Source: Ancylonema sp.
Lineage: Eukaryota
Length of the DNA: 64,000 bases
Assembly: GCA_050230475.1 (NCBI GenBank)
Contig: JBFLGF010000163.1
Coordinates: forward strand, 1-64,000
Reading direction: 5' to 3'
Numbering within the stretch: position 1 is the first letter of the stretch; each line of letters begins with the position of its first letter. The notes under the pieces were generated by a model, which saw only the letters and a list, made by a program, of their open reading frames with translations, was not told where the DNA came from and did no database searches. Of the stretch, positions 1 through 17,700 are shown piece after piece. A program made the translations under genes and the position numbers.

Positions 1-1
1 C

Positions 2-1018
2 CCCCATCGCCACCGCTCCGAGAAGGTGACCCGCCGCGACCCATGGGAATTTGGTTACAGCTTTGAGGCTTGCCCCGACTTCGAACCTGGCAAGTGCCGC
101 GAGGGGGACAGGTGCCACCGCGCGCATGGTTTCTTTGAGAAATGGATGCACCCCCAGGTTTTCCGCATGCAGAAGTGCCGTTTTGGGCTGGAATGTCAGC
201 GGGACTGCTGCTTTTTCGCGCACGATGTGTGCCAGTATCAAGGGGATCTAGACTGGGAAAAACTCGTGCCTGCTCCCGAGAAATCTTACGTGTCCGAGTA
301 CCATAATCTCAGCCAGGGCCTCAGTTTGGAGTCAAAACGCGAGCAGCAGCACTGCTGGCAGCACCACAGCGAAGGCGAACGTTCCGCACCAACCAGGTCG
401 GTCCAGCTGTACCCCGACAACGAAGACCACGGATGGCCCGACCCCCCATCCTCTGCCCTTAACTCCCCTCGCTCCACTCAGTCAGCATTCACCTGTGGCT
501 CGCTGGCATCGACTGTCTCCTCCGTTGACTTTCCAGAGACTCCATTGACTCCTCCGAGATTCCCGCCTGGCAAAGACCCGTACAGCCCCCTCTCTTCGCA
601 CGTTTCTCATCTCCACCCTGCTGCACCCTCTCCGCTGCAAAGTGCTGCGCAGCCATACCATTCCACGGCAGCAGAGGGAGCACCTGCCGATGCGCACTGG
701 GGTGCAGACACGTGGCAGGTCACGAGTGGAGGACGTCCCTCGGAGACCTGGGAATCAGAAGGCGGGAGGGCTCTTCGGATCCTCAATAGGCGGCATCTGG
801 ACCGCCAGGTGGCAGACTATCCAGGTCCTCAGGAACAAGCCGAGCGAATGGAGGCCTTTTATTTGCCGTTCGAAAGGTCTCGTGGAGCTGCGTCAGGCCT
901 GTCGAACGTGCCACGTCAGAGCCTCTTTGAAGCCACCTCCATCCCTCTCCCAGATTTTGGACCAATAGGGAGGCCCCATCAGCCGACTTGGCGTGACACG
1001 GATGCTTGGGTAAGTTGA
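2..1018 (+). CDS. Plant arginine-rich tandem CCCH zinc finger (RR-TZF) RNA-binding protein, 5'-truncated by the window edge
   Basis: The frame is open from base 2: PHRHRSEKVTRRDP (cf. RR-TZF ...HPGEKARRRDP), then C-x7-C-x5-C-x3-H (CPDFEPGKCREGDRCHRAH) and C-x5-C-x4-C-x3-H (CRFGLECQRDCCFFAH). A Ser/Pro-rich tail ends ...PDFGPIG...DAWVS, with TGA at 1016-1018. Confidence 0.85.
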   Translation, partial: PHRHRSEKVTRRDPWEFGYSFEACPDFEPGKCREGDRCHRAHGFFEKWMHPQVFRMQKCRFGLECQRDCCFFAHDVCQYQGDLDWEKLVPAPEKSYVSEYHNLSQGLSLESKREQQHCWQHHSEGERSAPTRSVQLYPDNEDHGWPDPPSSALNSPRSTQSAFTCGSLASTVSSVDFPETPLTPPRFPPGKDPYSPLSSHVSHLHPAAPSPLQSAAQPYHSTAAEGAPADAHWGADTWQVTSGGRPSETWESEGGRALRILNRRHLDRQVADYPGPQEQAERMEAFYLPFERSRGAASGLSNVPRQSLFEATSIPLPDFGPIGRPHQPTWRDTDAWVS

Positions 1019-2039
1019 AACCATCCCCTCCATTGTGATATTTCATTTGTCTAAATTCTATTGCAATTCATTCTGAGGGTCAAATGAAGTGGCTTTCCGA
1101 TTCACATCAGTGCATACATTCCGTGATTGCTATTATTGTTGAATCTTGTGAGTTGGAGCACAATATTCGATGAAATATAAAGATTGAAGGTATATGTATT
1201 CGTTGTATACGGTAATTACCGTCATGGTGAAGTCCCAAGTGGAATTCCGTGGCGGCGTCTCCTGCCCAAAACTGTAAAATAATGAATCTAAAAAATAGAG
1301 TTCAAACTCAGGTTTGTCGTACGCAGCGGGTTATCTCATAAAAAAAATCAGGAGACTGATTTTTTTCAGTCTCTTGAGCCGCAATTATATCACATTTGAT
1401 TTGAACTGATGGAGCGCTCCACATTGGCCCCCGTTTTCATTTCCAATCTCAATCTGCTGCTGTCAACCCTCGAAATTTCTGGACTAAATCTGAGTCACGT
1501 TGAAATCCCATAAAATGTAAACTATGGACCATGGAGCATTAACCGGTGGTGGAGTGGGGCAATTGCGTGGGATTTATAGTAACCCTTTTGTGATTCTTTT
1601 TCTCGCTTTTGTGACAAGCAGGTATCGCCCTCTCGATCCTCTTATAACGAGCAACGTTTTAACGTAGACCAATTAGAGGCCTTCTCTTCCAGCCAGCCCT
1701 CCCTTTCTCTCTTTCGACACACCTACGCTGAAGTGCCCAATCCCGTCACCGGCCAACGTTTTTACCAGTCCCATGGCTTTCATTTGGTACGCTGAGCTCT
1801 GTTTGTATCCAACGAGCATTTCAATACTCACCCGTTATACAACTGTCTTGTTGTCTTGTTGTCTTGTTGTCTTGTTGTCTTGTTGTCTGATGTCGATGTT
1901 CAAGGGGCTAAGTAGAAAGCGGTCACCAATGAGGATTCTACTTTGTGCCCACTTTTGAAGTGCGCGGATTATGTTTTATGTGTGAATTCGGAAGTTAGTG
2001 AGAGAGACAGAGCTCACTTACCTCGCATCCCTATATCCC

Positions 2040-2260
2040 TATATCACTATATTATTATATTTATATACATATATATGTATATATGCATATATGCATATAT
2101 GTATATATGTATATATGTATATATGTATATATGTATATATGTATATATGTGTATATGTATATATGTATATATGTATTTATGTATATTTGTTTAAATGTAT
2201 AAATGCATATATGTATATATGTATAAATGTATATTTGTATATATGTATATGTATATTTGC
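2040..2260. repeat. Degenerate (ATATATGT)n / (TA)n microsatellite
   Basis: Visible directly; it generates spurious Y/I/M/C-rich ORFs. Confidence 0.9.
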
Positions 2261-3519
2261 ATTGATTGCTTCCAATCGATTTTCTCATAGCCTGCTTCTT
2301 GCGGTTGCAGGATGGGGGTGGGCGAGCTCAAAAGTAGACGAAGTTGGAGGCTAAAAATAGTAATGAAAAGCATGCTGGCTTTTCCGTGATACATATTGCA
2401 GAAAAATGAAACCAAATATTGAAAAGAAATTTCGTGGCTTGAGAGGCTCTGCTCCTTCGGATATTTTTTTGGGTAGGGCTTGTGGCTAGCAAGAAATAGC
2501 GTGCCAAGGATCTTGCGCATGTGGTATTTTTGGATCACGTTTATTTCCACACCGGAAGAAATTTAGTTGTTCCTTGTATATACATTGCATTTCTGTTAGG
2601 GTTATTTAGCAAGTATAGGTTTGTATTCTCATCGATCGGTTTTATTTTCCATTTTTGATTTTTCATCGGATATTGAGGATAAATGATCGGCCAACCTTGT
2701 ACAAATTTTAATGTGTGCTTTTTGTGGATAAAATATGTATGCTATTATATATGAAGATTTTTCATGTGTTGGTGTTTGTGTTAATATTTGTGTTTGTGTT
2801 TGTGATCGTCTAATAGTGGACATAGCAATAATTTCGTTCCGTTCGCATTTTGTTGTTCGCATAGATAACATCATAAATAGATAGATCGCATCTCTATAAA
2901 TTTTTTGAATATTTGTGCTGCGTTGACGTGGCATCGAGCATTCGTGAGCTAGCACACGAATCTCCCACTTTCTCAAAACTCAATTGTGAATATGGAATTT
3001 GATGCAAGTCTACCATTATCAATATGTGGGCGCTTGTGAGATATAGGAATTTGGGCTATTTCGAAAATCCCATGACGTGGAACGTGTTGCATCTCGTACA
3101 AATCTCAAGCCAATGAACCGCCCTCACTTTCTCACGCCTACATTCGTCACGCACCAAAGAGAATGATCGCGCGGTGAGTTTTTTGTTCGCAACCAGGTCC
3201 CACATGACATTACAAACCTCTAATTCACAACATTGTTCAACCCCATTTCCAATATATGTGTGGGGTTGGGAGTTTGGGAAGGTTTTACAAACCTTTCCCA
3301 ACCCTTCCCCAACCTGCAAACCGGGGTGGGGGGGTTTCGAAGGGGTTAGGAAATATTTTAAAATAGTAAAGATATTTCGCTTCTCATGAAAAAATCGAGC
3401 ACCCTAAGTACGTCAACTTACTTTCACACGTGTTAAACATGTACCACGTGTCACACGTGAGAGATGAATATTAATACCCGATGAACATCATCAACTTATT
3501 TTCGCCGAACTCCACAAGT

Positions 3520-3850
3520 CTATGACCAGCCCGGGTTAGACCACCCAGTCCGAGCTGGACATCCCCAGGTCGGGTAATAGTTCCCCCTAACCCGGGTTTT
3601 CCGTGGTATGATTCGTCGACCCGGGCTGGCCCACCCCAGCCCTGGCTGGATCCTACCAGCCCGGGTTACTACCGGGTTACTACCCGGGTTCCTACCCCCC
3701 CAGTTCGGCCGGCTCCTCCAATCCGGGCTGGCTTGCCCCAGCCCGGGTCTCATGCCCTTTTTTACATGGTCGGGGAAAGGTTATTGGACTGGGAGACGGG
3801 GGCTGGGATATGGGGGCTGGACGCCACCCGGGCTGGGGATGCGCACTAAG
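3520..3850. repeat. GC-rich cluster of CCCAGCCCGGG / CCCGGGCTGGG palindromic motifs, probably a non-autonomous DNA transposon or its subterminal region
   Basis: About 7 CCCGGG cores in both orientations within 330 bp (e.g. accagcccgggtt, acccgggctggcc, cccagcccgggtc, acccgggctgggg). No clear TIR/TSD pair was identified. Confidence 0.45.
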
Positions 3851-4080
3851 CTGCTAATTCATCACCCAACATCGCTGTCAACCTATCATTCTTCTTCTGT
3901 CATTTCAGTTCGTTATAACGATCCGTCAGAAGACCATCTCATTGTATAGCGGTGACGGCAGCGACCACCACTGCTTTGGGGAGTGTACTGTCATCTCAGG
4001 GCATTCTGCACGTACGTGGGGGCGGAGAAGGGTTGTTATCAACAGCCGTCCTCGTCATTCATTTCGTCAGAAGCGGCACC

Positions 4081-8652
<4,572 letters not shown>

Positions 8653-11600
8653 GGATTCGGGAATAGTTCGATTATTTGGGGTTCTCCCATGAGAGGGGGG
8701 GGGTATGCCCCCCTTTTCTACCACCTTTATTTTTGAATGCATCTTAGGTGGACGCCACGAATTCTCACTCAGTGCAACCCACTTAAACAGTTTGTGTGGT
8801 TTTGCGGAGCACAGTTAGTGGTGGGTGGTTCGGCCGCAACTAGTGTCGCTTTAGTGCTAACATCTTGCTTCAGAATTCTCGAGAGTGATCATGTAAATTT
8901 AAACTCTAGAAATGACACTTTGTATGACCATTTTTTAATGGTCATGGGCGACGTGCATCTTGGCACCTGAATATTAATGAAAGAGAAAGTGGCTCTCCAT
9001 ATTCTTCCTCGCAATTTTCGGAAAACAAGTGAGATGTTATGAGATGGTTTGGAACGTGAATCGCAAACACTTCGAAGGATCTCATAGGTAACGATATGCA
9101 ACCTGGCGATGGTATAAAATGTATTGTTTCCAGAGTGGATGGCATACTAAGGATGTTGCACAAAAGGATGTTGCTCACGTGGCGCTCTCATCGTAAATGA
9201 AGACTAAGAACACAATGTTTCCAATACCATTGGAGCATAATGAACTATACATGTAGGATGTCGGTACACATATGATCGTGTGCACATATGGTAGTTGCGC
9301 CGCTGGTTGCAATCAAGAACCGATGCGGGCTGTAGTGGCGCAAGTGGTTTCACGATACAGCGGGCTGGCTAATGTCGAAGGGAATCACATGAATCACACC
9401 AGATTTGTAGTTGGCGGTGCGTGATGTTGCTCACGTACACTTTTGTCGATATTGTTCAGTTGAAGTACGGCACGTACAATAATTATGATTACAGCAGAGA
9501 AGCGACACGTAGTTATATTTGGCATAAGCGTGCAGATTCCTTGGACGAGAAGTATCCGACAAGAAATATTTAACGAGTACTGGACAACAAGTTGGTTTTT
9601 CGGAAGACTTGGCTGTGGCTACAACTCATAACCTTACATGACCTCTCTCAGTATGTCTTGGTGGTGTTCGGCGCTTTCCTTGCATTCACTGTGCATTGTT
9701 ATTGCATTCTTTGCTAGTACATAAATCAGATCTCTAATTGCGATTCGTACAAGGTACTGATCCGGTAATTTGGCAATTGATAAAGCTAACGGCAGAATTT
9801 GGAGTATCCGCATCTGATATGGTTTCGAACACCCACGTTCAGGAACTCAAGCAATACCTTGCCTTGGGTAAATCTTAGTCACAATCATCTTGCACATGGT
9901 GGAGGATATGGGTACGAGTTGTGCGCTTGCACTCGATGGTGTCGATGATGGGGAGAGATGCATTTCGTTAGACACATGGCATGGGTATGCATGTGTAGAG
10001 AGCATTAGTCCACACGTGCGGGTTTGCACATGCAAGGTGGCGTTCGTTTTTAGGTGTGGTCACATGTGTGGGAAGACATGTGTCGATATCTTCGTTTGTG
10101 CGGTGGCATTACACGTGTGGGAGTGGACGGTGCTAGATGGCACGACAAGGACGTATTGCTTTGCCATTGAGGCGGGTCATGAATATAATGTCTATATAGC
10201 TTGTAGGCAATCGATTATACTCATTCGTTCTTGATGGCATGTTCATGATTATGATTTCACAGAGAGGATAAATTCGATGTTACCGATGACACCTCTTCAC
10301 TTTCAATGTTTTTTTTTCAGAACACACCTCAAGTTTGTAAATTTGCAAACAACGGCACATTTTCGAAATGTGGGACTCCCGTATGTGGTGTATGTGTCAT
10401 CCGTAATGCACAACACGGAGTTCTGGACCTTTGGTGGCCTGTTCGTAGGTCCTTGCAGCCACCAGTCATGGCCGCCAATCGTCACGTTTACCGATAGCAG
10501 GTCGCTCATTAATATTGCGAAGCACTCACTTTTGGTATAATTTGGTGGGTATGGTGTATGTAAAATACATCGATTGGTTTACTGGCACTCGTGTGATAGT
10601 GTAGAATAGGATCCTTAATAGACCGTGTATGACATTACGAATGAATGTAAAATATATAACCCACGTATGCCAGAAGCCAATACCGCCACGGCTCAGAGTG
10701 TCAAGGGCAACGGAACACACAATCGCTAAAGAAACATCGATGCTGTAGATTTGTGTGTCGATTTTAAAAACAATCGTTAAATGGAGCAAACTGAGAGATT
10801 TTTAACGAGTCTCAGATCCATTGCGATACAAACTTAGTCACGAGCCGTGGATTGTCGTACATAACGGCACGACAATTAAATGTGGTGTCCTCAATTCTGA
10901 GCATGACTTTTTATTTCAAGTCAATCAAGTATAAGTGTGCCGCACTGCTGTTGCTGAAAGCGATTCGTCTCGCCGATTCTATCCCCGTTGAACATGAACC
11001 CATTCAAGATAATATCAATATCGCGTTGATGACGACCTCTCGATTTGTTTGGATTCGTCATCGGTAAAATGATCCGACTGTTTTGTATGAAATTGCATGA
11101 CGCTACTCGGGACGTCATCAAACCTGCATGGGTAATGCTCTTACCTTCAATTACAGGGCAGCGGGATATGACTGTCGACTCCCACAAATCGAAGTTCTGG
11201 TTCGGCACTTCCGGTGACCACATATCGAGGTACAGGTGAGTACAGGTAACATTATCAAACAGTACAGACGTCTTACGGGGAAGGGATACCGAACTTCGAT
11301 CGATCTTCATGTGAATCTATAGCATTCAGCTGCCTAACAAATTAGCTTCGACAAAACCCAAATCGGCTATACCGTCCATGAGAATTGGAAATGCATGTCG
11401 ACATGCCATATTTTTTAAGTGCATCGTCACCTCCTTTGTACCATAAAGGCATTGACGACGGCTGCAGAAAATGCGATGGGCCGACACTACATTTCTGATT
11501 GTGGAATATTGATGACCAATGCCGAAGATTTGTGATGCCTGTACCATAATAAATTGTGCTGTCAATGAAAAGATTTTTCATTCATTTAAATATACTTTTA

Positions 11601-13309
11601 CTCATTTTTATCGACAGTCGACAGTACCGCGATTGCATTGCCACAAAATTCATAAATGATTTGATTTGGGATAAACGATTTCACTTTACCACCAGGCATC
11701 GGACGCTGTACAGGAATATTTCAAGCATGAATTCACTGCGGATTCCTGCATGCCTCGCTAAGCGCTTCTATTTCGTTATTGGCGATGAGCGTCATTAAAT
11801 GTGACGTCAACGCTGTGTGTATCTGCAAACAAGTTCGTACCGTGATGTAAATAATGCTGGATGTTGTTACACGCTTATCACCATAACCATAAATTGTGGT
11901 GATCGAGAAGAGGTCTACCACAGTCGCGATATCGTGAGAGAGAGATATGCATGAAGTCATTGCGTCGGTAAGAATACAGCCAAGCATCTTGTGCCACGGG
12001 CATCAGAACGGACAAACGGAAATCTAAGCCCGTAACCTGTAACCAACTTTTTGTTGTCAATCGCGTTGTTATCGATGCGCTTGGGCCTGCCAAATATCAC
12101 GGCCCCAATGAAAGCTGACTGCATTGAAAGTGGCTTCAAAAATGACGGGTAAATTACCCTTAGTTTCTTTCCATATGGGGATTCTGAATTTCGAGCAACC
12201 GTATCCGATGGTAGATTGCTATGATTGGGTCCCTGTAATCTGCACCCTGACCAGCTGGTGTTGAGCACGTGCCGGTTTGTCAAATCCAAGCAGCTTCGGG
12301 TAGGACGAGGGCAAGCACTTCGGCAACAGACGGATTCGTTCATAACATTATTTTCAGTTCCGTTTATTGAGATGCTGGAAGACGACAAATCGGCTGGATC
12401 TGGATCTGGATCTGGACCCCGGCTATATCGATTGGCCAACACTTATGTAACAGCCGTCTGAAGTGTAACTCTTGAGTGGCTGATGTAAAATGCGGACTGG
12501 CTCTTTATCAGGCACCTGACAAGTGGCTGTCCGTCATTGCTCACCAATCTCGCGAAACGCAGATATCGACAAACTTGACTGGTCTAAAATTCATTGTTGC
12601 AGATAGTTGTTGGAGTCACGTGCGATGCGGCGGTTTCAATGATCAGTGTTATCAACGTGCCGTCAAATCTGGTGAGATCTTCAACGTCCTTTGCTGTTAT
12701 TATTTGCGCTCTGTTCGCATCCCTATGTTGTGGAGTAAGGGAGGTTTTACATAGAGTCAGCATACCGTCGTCATCTCTTCCGCACCCCGATTTTGTATCA
12801 GTGCTTCGATGTCTGCGAACGATAACGTGCTCTATTCGCCACAACGCTGCGAAAATTGATCTCCGTCTTGATTACGAATCCTCAGGTTACGGGCTGATGA
12901 CGACAGACAAAAAGGTAAAAGGGGATCCCGAAATAGAGAGGAAGAACGAGGATTAAAAATAGATCATCAGAACGGAATTTCGAGCCCCTGTCAGAAGCTT
13001 CACTGGCTGACAGAGAGCTGTAAGCAACGAAATTATCGACGCACATTCAAATCGGCATTGCACTGTGAGTATGCCATCGTTCACCCTCAATGAGAGTTCC
13101 AGCACATCATGCAGATCCTCATACTACCGCCAACAATGCGACCAGAAAGCCGAGGAAAATTTTGACAGAATTGCATATTAGATAATTACTACCATGGGAG
13201 AGATGGACACTCAAATATAGTACGATGGCATCCAGAAAAAGAAATAGAAATAGAAATAGAAATCGAAATATAAATACAAATAGAAGAGAAAGAGAAAGAA
13301 AGAGAGAAT

Positions 13310-14711
13310 TAGAAATAGAAGTAGAAATAGAAATAGAAATAGAAATAAAATATCCGCAGGAACATTGGATGCGGATAGTATCGGCCATATGCCATCTCTG
13401 AAGAAGATGACATAGTTTTTTAAGAACAATTTTCATGAAGACATCGATACTCGACAGGCATATCTAATACATGTCTTATGCGACGTGTTTACGCGCAGTG
13501 TTGCACGTAGATACAAGCGCTTTCCGAAAGCATATAAATGTTTTGACTTCGTCAACTATCCAGTCCCAGGGTTTTTCTAGAAATTAGTAAACAGTGATGA
13601 ATATAAGTGTGTGTAGGGATCCAGGAAAATTAAGATCTTATGCAATTATACAAATATGTACATGTAAACCTTATTGTATTAAAAAACAGCAAAACCAGTC
13701 GTTACCAATGACGGTCACCAATAATTCCCAATGGCATCTCATGTCGCACGCTGCCATGTATAGTAGCGACGATTCAGCCACGGGGTGTCGCCGCGCGATA
13801 CATCGAGATGGCGATATTCTGACTGGATGCGGGAAATCGAATGGTAGTGGATGCGCAGGAGGAGTCAGGATTTCCGTCATCGTGAAACTCACCGATAGCA
13901 TCCTGTACTTCCCCTGGAATGGATGGAGACCCGACACCGGACGAGTCTTTGAAACCGCTTTGGATACTTCCAACCGTGATCGGAACGCCTCCTCCAGAGC
14001 GATGGGGCCATTCCNAAGAAATAGAAATAGAAATAGAAATAGAAATAGAAATGGAAACAGAAAATCCGCAAGTACAGTGGATGCGGATAGTATCGAACAT
14101 ATGTGCCATTTCCAAAGAAGATGACATAGTTCAAATAATACATCGATACTCGACAGGCATATCGAATATCTGTCTTATGCGACGTTTCTACGCGCAATGT
14201 TGCACGCAGATACAAGCGCTTTCCGAAAGCATTTTTTTTAAAAAACTTCCTCAACTATCCATCCCCAGGGTTTTTCTAAAACGAGTAAACAGTGATGAAT
14301 ATAAGTGTATGTAGGTATCCAGGCAAATTAAGATATTATGTAATTGTCCAAATATATACATGTTAACCTAATTTTATTTAACAACAAAAAAACCAGATGT
14401 TACCAACGATGGTCACCACTAATTCCCAATGGCATCTCATCTCGCATGCTGCCATGTGTAGAAGTGACGAGTCAGCCACGGAGTGTCGCCGTGCGATACA
14501 TCGAGATGGCGATATTCTGACTGGATTCCGGAAATCGAACGGTAGTGGATGCGCAGGAGGGTTCAGGATTTCCATCATCGTGAACCTCACCGATAACATC
14601 CTGTGCTTCCCTGGAATGGATGGAGACCCGACACCGGACGAGTCTTTGAAACCGCTTTGGATACTTCCAACCGTCATCGGAACGCCTCCTCCAGAGCGAT
14701 GGGGGCATTCC
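13310..14711 (+). repeat. About 700-bp tandem duplication (13310-14014 vs 14016-14711) joined at a single N; includes the promoter region and most of exon 1 of the Kelch gene
   Basis: Both copies run from an (AGAAAT)n tract to ...GAGCGATGGGGnCATTCC and encode MDGDPTPDESLKPLWILPTVIGTPPPERWGHS. The N is at 14015, exactly at the junction. Confidence 0.9.
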
Positions 14712-17700
14712 GCAGTGCAGCTGGACAACAAGATGTACATATTTGGGGTACGAACATTCTCGTGCATAGATTTTTGTTAAGCTTCCAGAAATACATCTGT
14801 ATATGCTTGACCACGTCTCATTCCATGACTTGTGGTGGCAATTTGGCACTGGGCGTCCTATGCCTTCCCGATGATATCTCAATCCTCTACAGGCTCAGTG
14901 TAACAGCTCTGATTTTTCTGTCGACCGTTGGTGCAGGGTTGTTTCGGAGGTCAACACTTCTCCAACATTATCTCGCTGGACCTAGACACGTGTGAGTGGA
15001 GTCGAGTGACAAGTACAGGGAGACAACCGGGTGCGCGAGACAGTCATACGGCTACCCTCGTAGGTCGCTGCATGCTGGTGTTTGGCGGTACGGATGGGGT
15101 TCAGAAAGTCAACGACTTCCACGTGCTTGACCTGGATGACCTAACCTGGTCAACTCCTACCGGCACTGGCACTCCTCCAAAGGCGCGGGACAGTCACAGC
15201 GCCACTCTTGTCGGCAGCGATAAGCTGGTCGTGTTTGGCGGAAGCGCGGAGGGGGAGGGGAACTATTTGAACGATGTTCACATTCTGGATGTGACGACGA
15301 TGACGTGGCACTCACCTCAAGTTCAAGGCGAGGGTCCTTCCCGTCGGGACAGCCATGCAGCAGCTAGCGCGGGGCACCGACTGGTGGTGCTTGGAGGAGA
15401 TTGCGGCGAGCAGTATCTTGGTAAACAAAACGACAAAGACTGTTTGTCGACTTCTGGGTGTGAATCATACTTCCAATGCAGGTTCAGTGCGATAAGACTG
15501 GCACAAGTGTCGATCGAATGCCAATTTGCAATTTTCTTGTTCTAAACATTTTATAAATTTATTTGCTACTATTTCTTGAGGATATGATAGCGCACCATTT
15601 GAATTGATGTTCATATTGACCGACATGCTTTTGGATTTATGTTGGATCTACATGCAGGAGGTGTGGACATTTTCGATACCGAAACATACACGTGGACCAA
15701 AGTAAGGAGACCATTTCGACACTCTCCGCAATACAACATAGAACAACAACAAAAAACCTCGATATATGATTCCTTTATCCCATTATCTCGTCCCCCTTAC
15801 CAAGCTTGGTCGCGATATTTGTGCCATTCGCCAAACAACCAATCGATATGCTTCTCGACTTCCTTGGAGCCGGCAGATAAATAAATATGCTCAACAATGT
15901 ATGACCACTTATATTTCATTTTCAGCTTGAGACGAGCGGAGCGGTGCAACCGGGCATGAGAGCCGGCCATTCCGCGATAACTTTCAATGAAAAGGTATAA
16001 AGTCGGTCATCATTTCCTCGCCACGCCACGTCACGTCACGTCCAGACTTTAATACGATCAAAGCAAACACTTGTTATTTTTTTAATCTGGCTAAAAATAT
16101 CACGCATGCTTACTCCACAACCCACTTTGCGCCTTGTGCCAAAGATATTCGTGTTCGGAGGAGTTGGCGACAATGCGTACTACAACGACGTGTGGGTACT
16201 AGACATCCAATTGGCGCAATGGACCCAAATAGAGACCACCGGCGCTTCTCCAAAGGCGCGCTTCTCGCATACAGCATGCCTAATCGGGACAGATATCCTC
16301 ATCTATGGCGGGTACACCACCCTCATTCTCTCTCATCAGCTGAGTCACAACAAGATCTTTCAGTCCCTCGACTAACGCACCCCGTACAGAAGATTCACTT
16401 CACATATTACCATTGCACCGTTGTAGTGGAGAGCGTTCAATTCGACACAACTCCGAAGTCGATGATGTGAAATGTTTAATCTCGTCGACCCCTTTCTTCC
16501 ATCCCCCACAAGGTGCGGGGAAGACGAGCATCCGCTGGGGGAGGTCGTGAAACTTCAGTTGTTGCCCACCGTAGAGGACCTTCGAATGCACGCAAACGCG
16601 AAGATTGATGCGGGGGCTATCGAAGCATTTCCGGTCATGAAACACAAGAGCGGTTTGGGCGAGAAGGAGGACCTTCCCGCCTCAGATCCCTCGGCGAATG
16701 CGTTGGTTGCCTTCAACAACGTTAGCATGCATGAGCTGGACAACGAGGTGGGCCATTTTTAATTGCCTTCTAGTCCGCTATTTTGTCGATTTTTGATTTC
16801 AATCTCAAATTTCGGTCCCATTTCTGTTTTGTGGTATCGCATACACTCGTCGTTTATAGGTGTGTGAATTGACCTATTTTCGGTCTAGGAACGGTCAATT
16901 TGTGAATACTTGAAATATGAAAACGACATGCGCACGATTATTCTAGGTAGGGGCAATACTCATGTAGAAATCGCGGACAAACATGCGATTTTTTGGACTA
17001 AACGTTGTTGTTCCACGCAGAAGCACGACGTGGTTCTCGACCATCTTGAGGACAACATGCTCTACAGCTGGACGTCAGCGGCTCTCGCTTCTGAACCAGG
17101 TGCCTAACGCGTCCGTTGCACATTTTAAAGTCCACGTCGCTATTCACATTGTAGGTGTGGGTAAATATTGGAGGTCAATATCGGAAACGAATGCATGCTC
17201 AAAATAATTATTGTTTTCTTTCGTTCACATTCACTCTGAATCGTGAAAGAATTCAGAGTGAATGTCGGAATTCAATTTTCGGGGACGAAACGCAATGCTG
17301 ACAAAAAAACATCGATGTCTCTTACAGGCGATATGGGTGGGGGCGGTGGCATGTCCGTTTTGGGCAGTTCACCTAGCTCTGCAGTCCTCGCATTGTCGAG
17401 CACATCCCCCTTGTTTGGGATTCCGGTTTCCAAGCCGATGTCCCCGTCCTCTAGCGACGCGAAGGGCAAGGGAAGAAAGTCCTCCGCGCCAATGTCGTAC
17501 ATGGATCACCTTCTCTCCCCCGACCAAGAGTTGAACGAGCCACAACCAGACCTCCAACCAAGTGAGTGCAAACTCATTCTCGGAACCCACTCGTCACCCG
17601 TTTGGTGCGCGTGGTGGGGACCTATATGGGTTGTACCAAACTCCAAAGTCAAAGTTGACTTTATACAAAGTCAAAGTCAAAGTCAAAGTTGACGATCGAA

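Noticed and set aside
13919..14014. A separate upstream Kelch gene or pseudogene
   Set aside because: Only a partial exon 1 is present, cut at the N join; it is best explained as the overlapping end of another haplotype contig.
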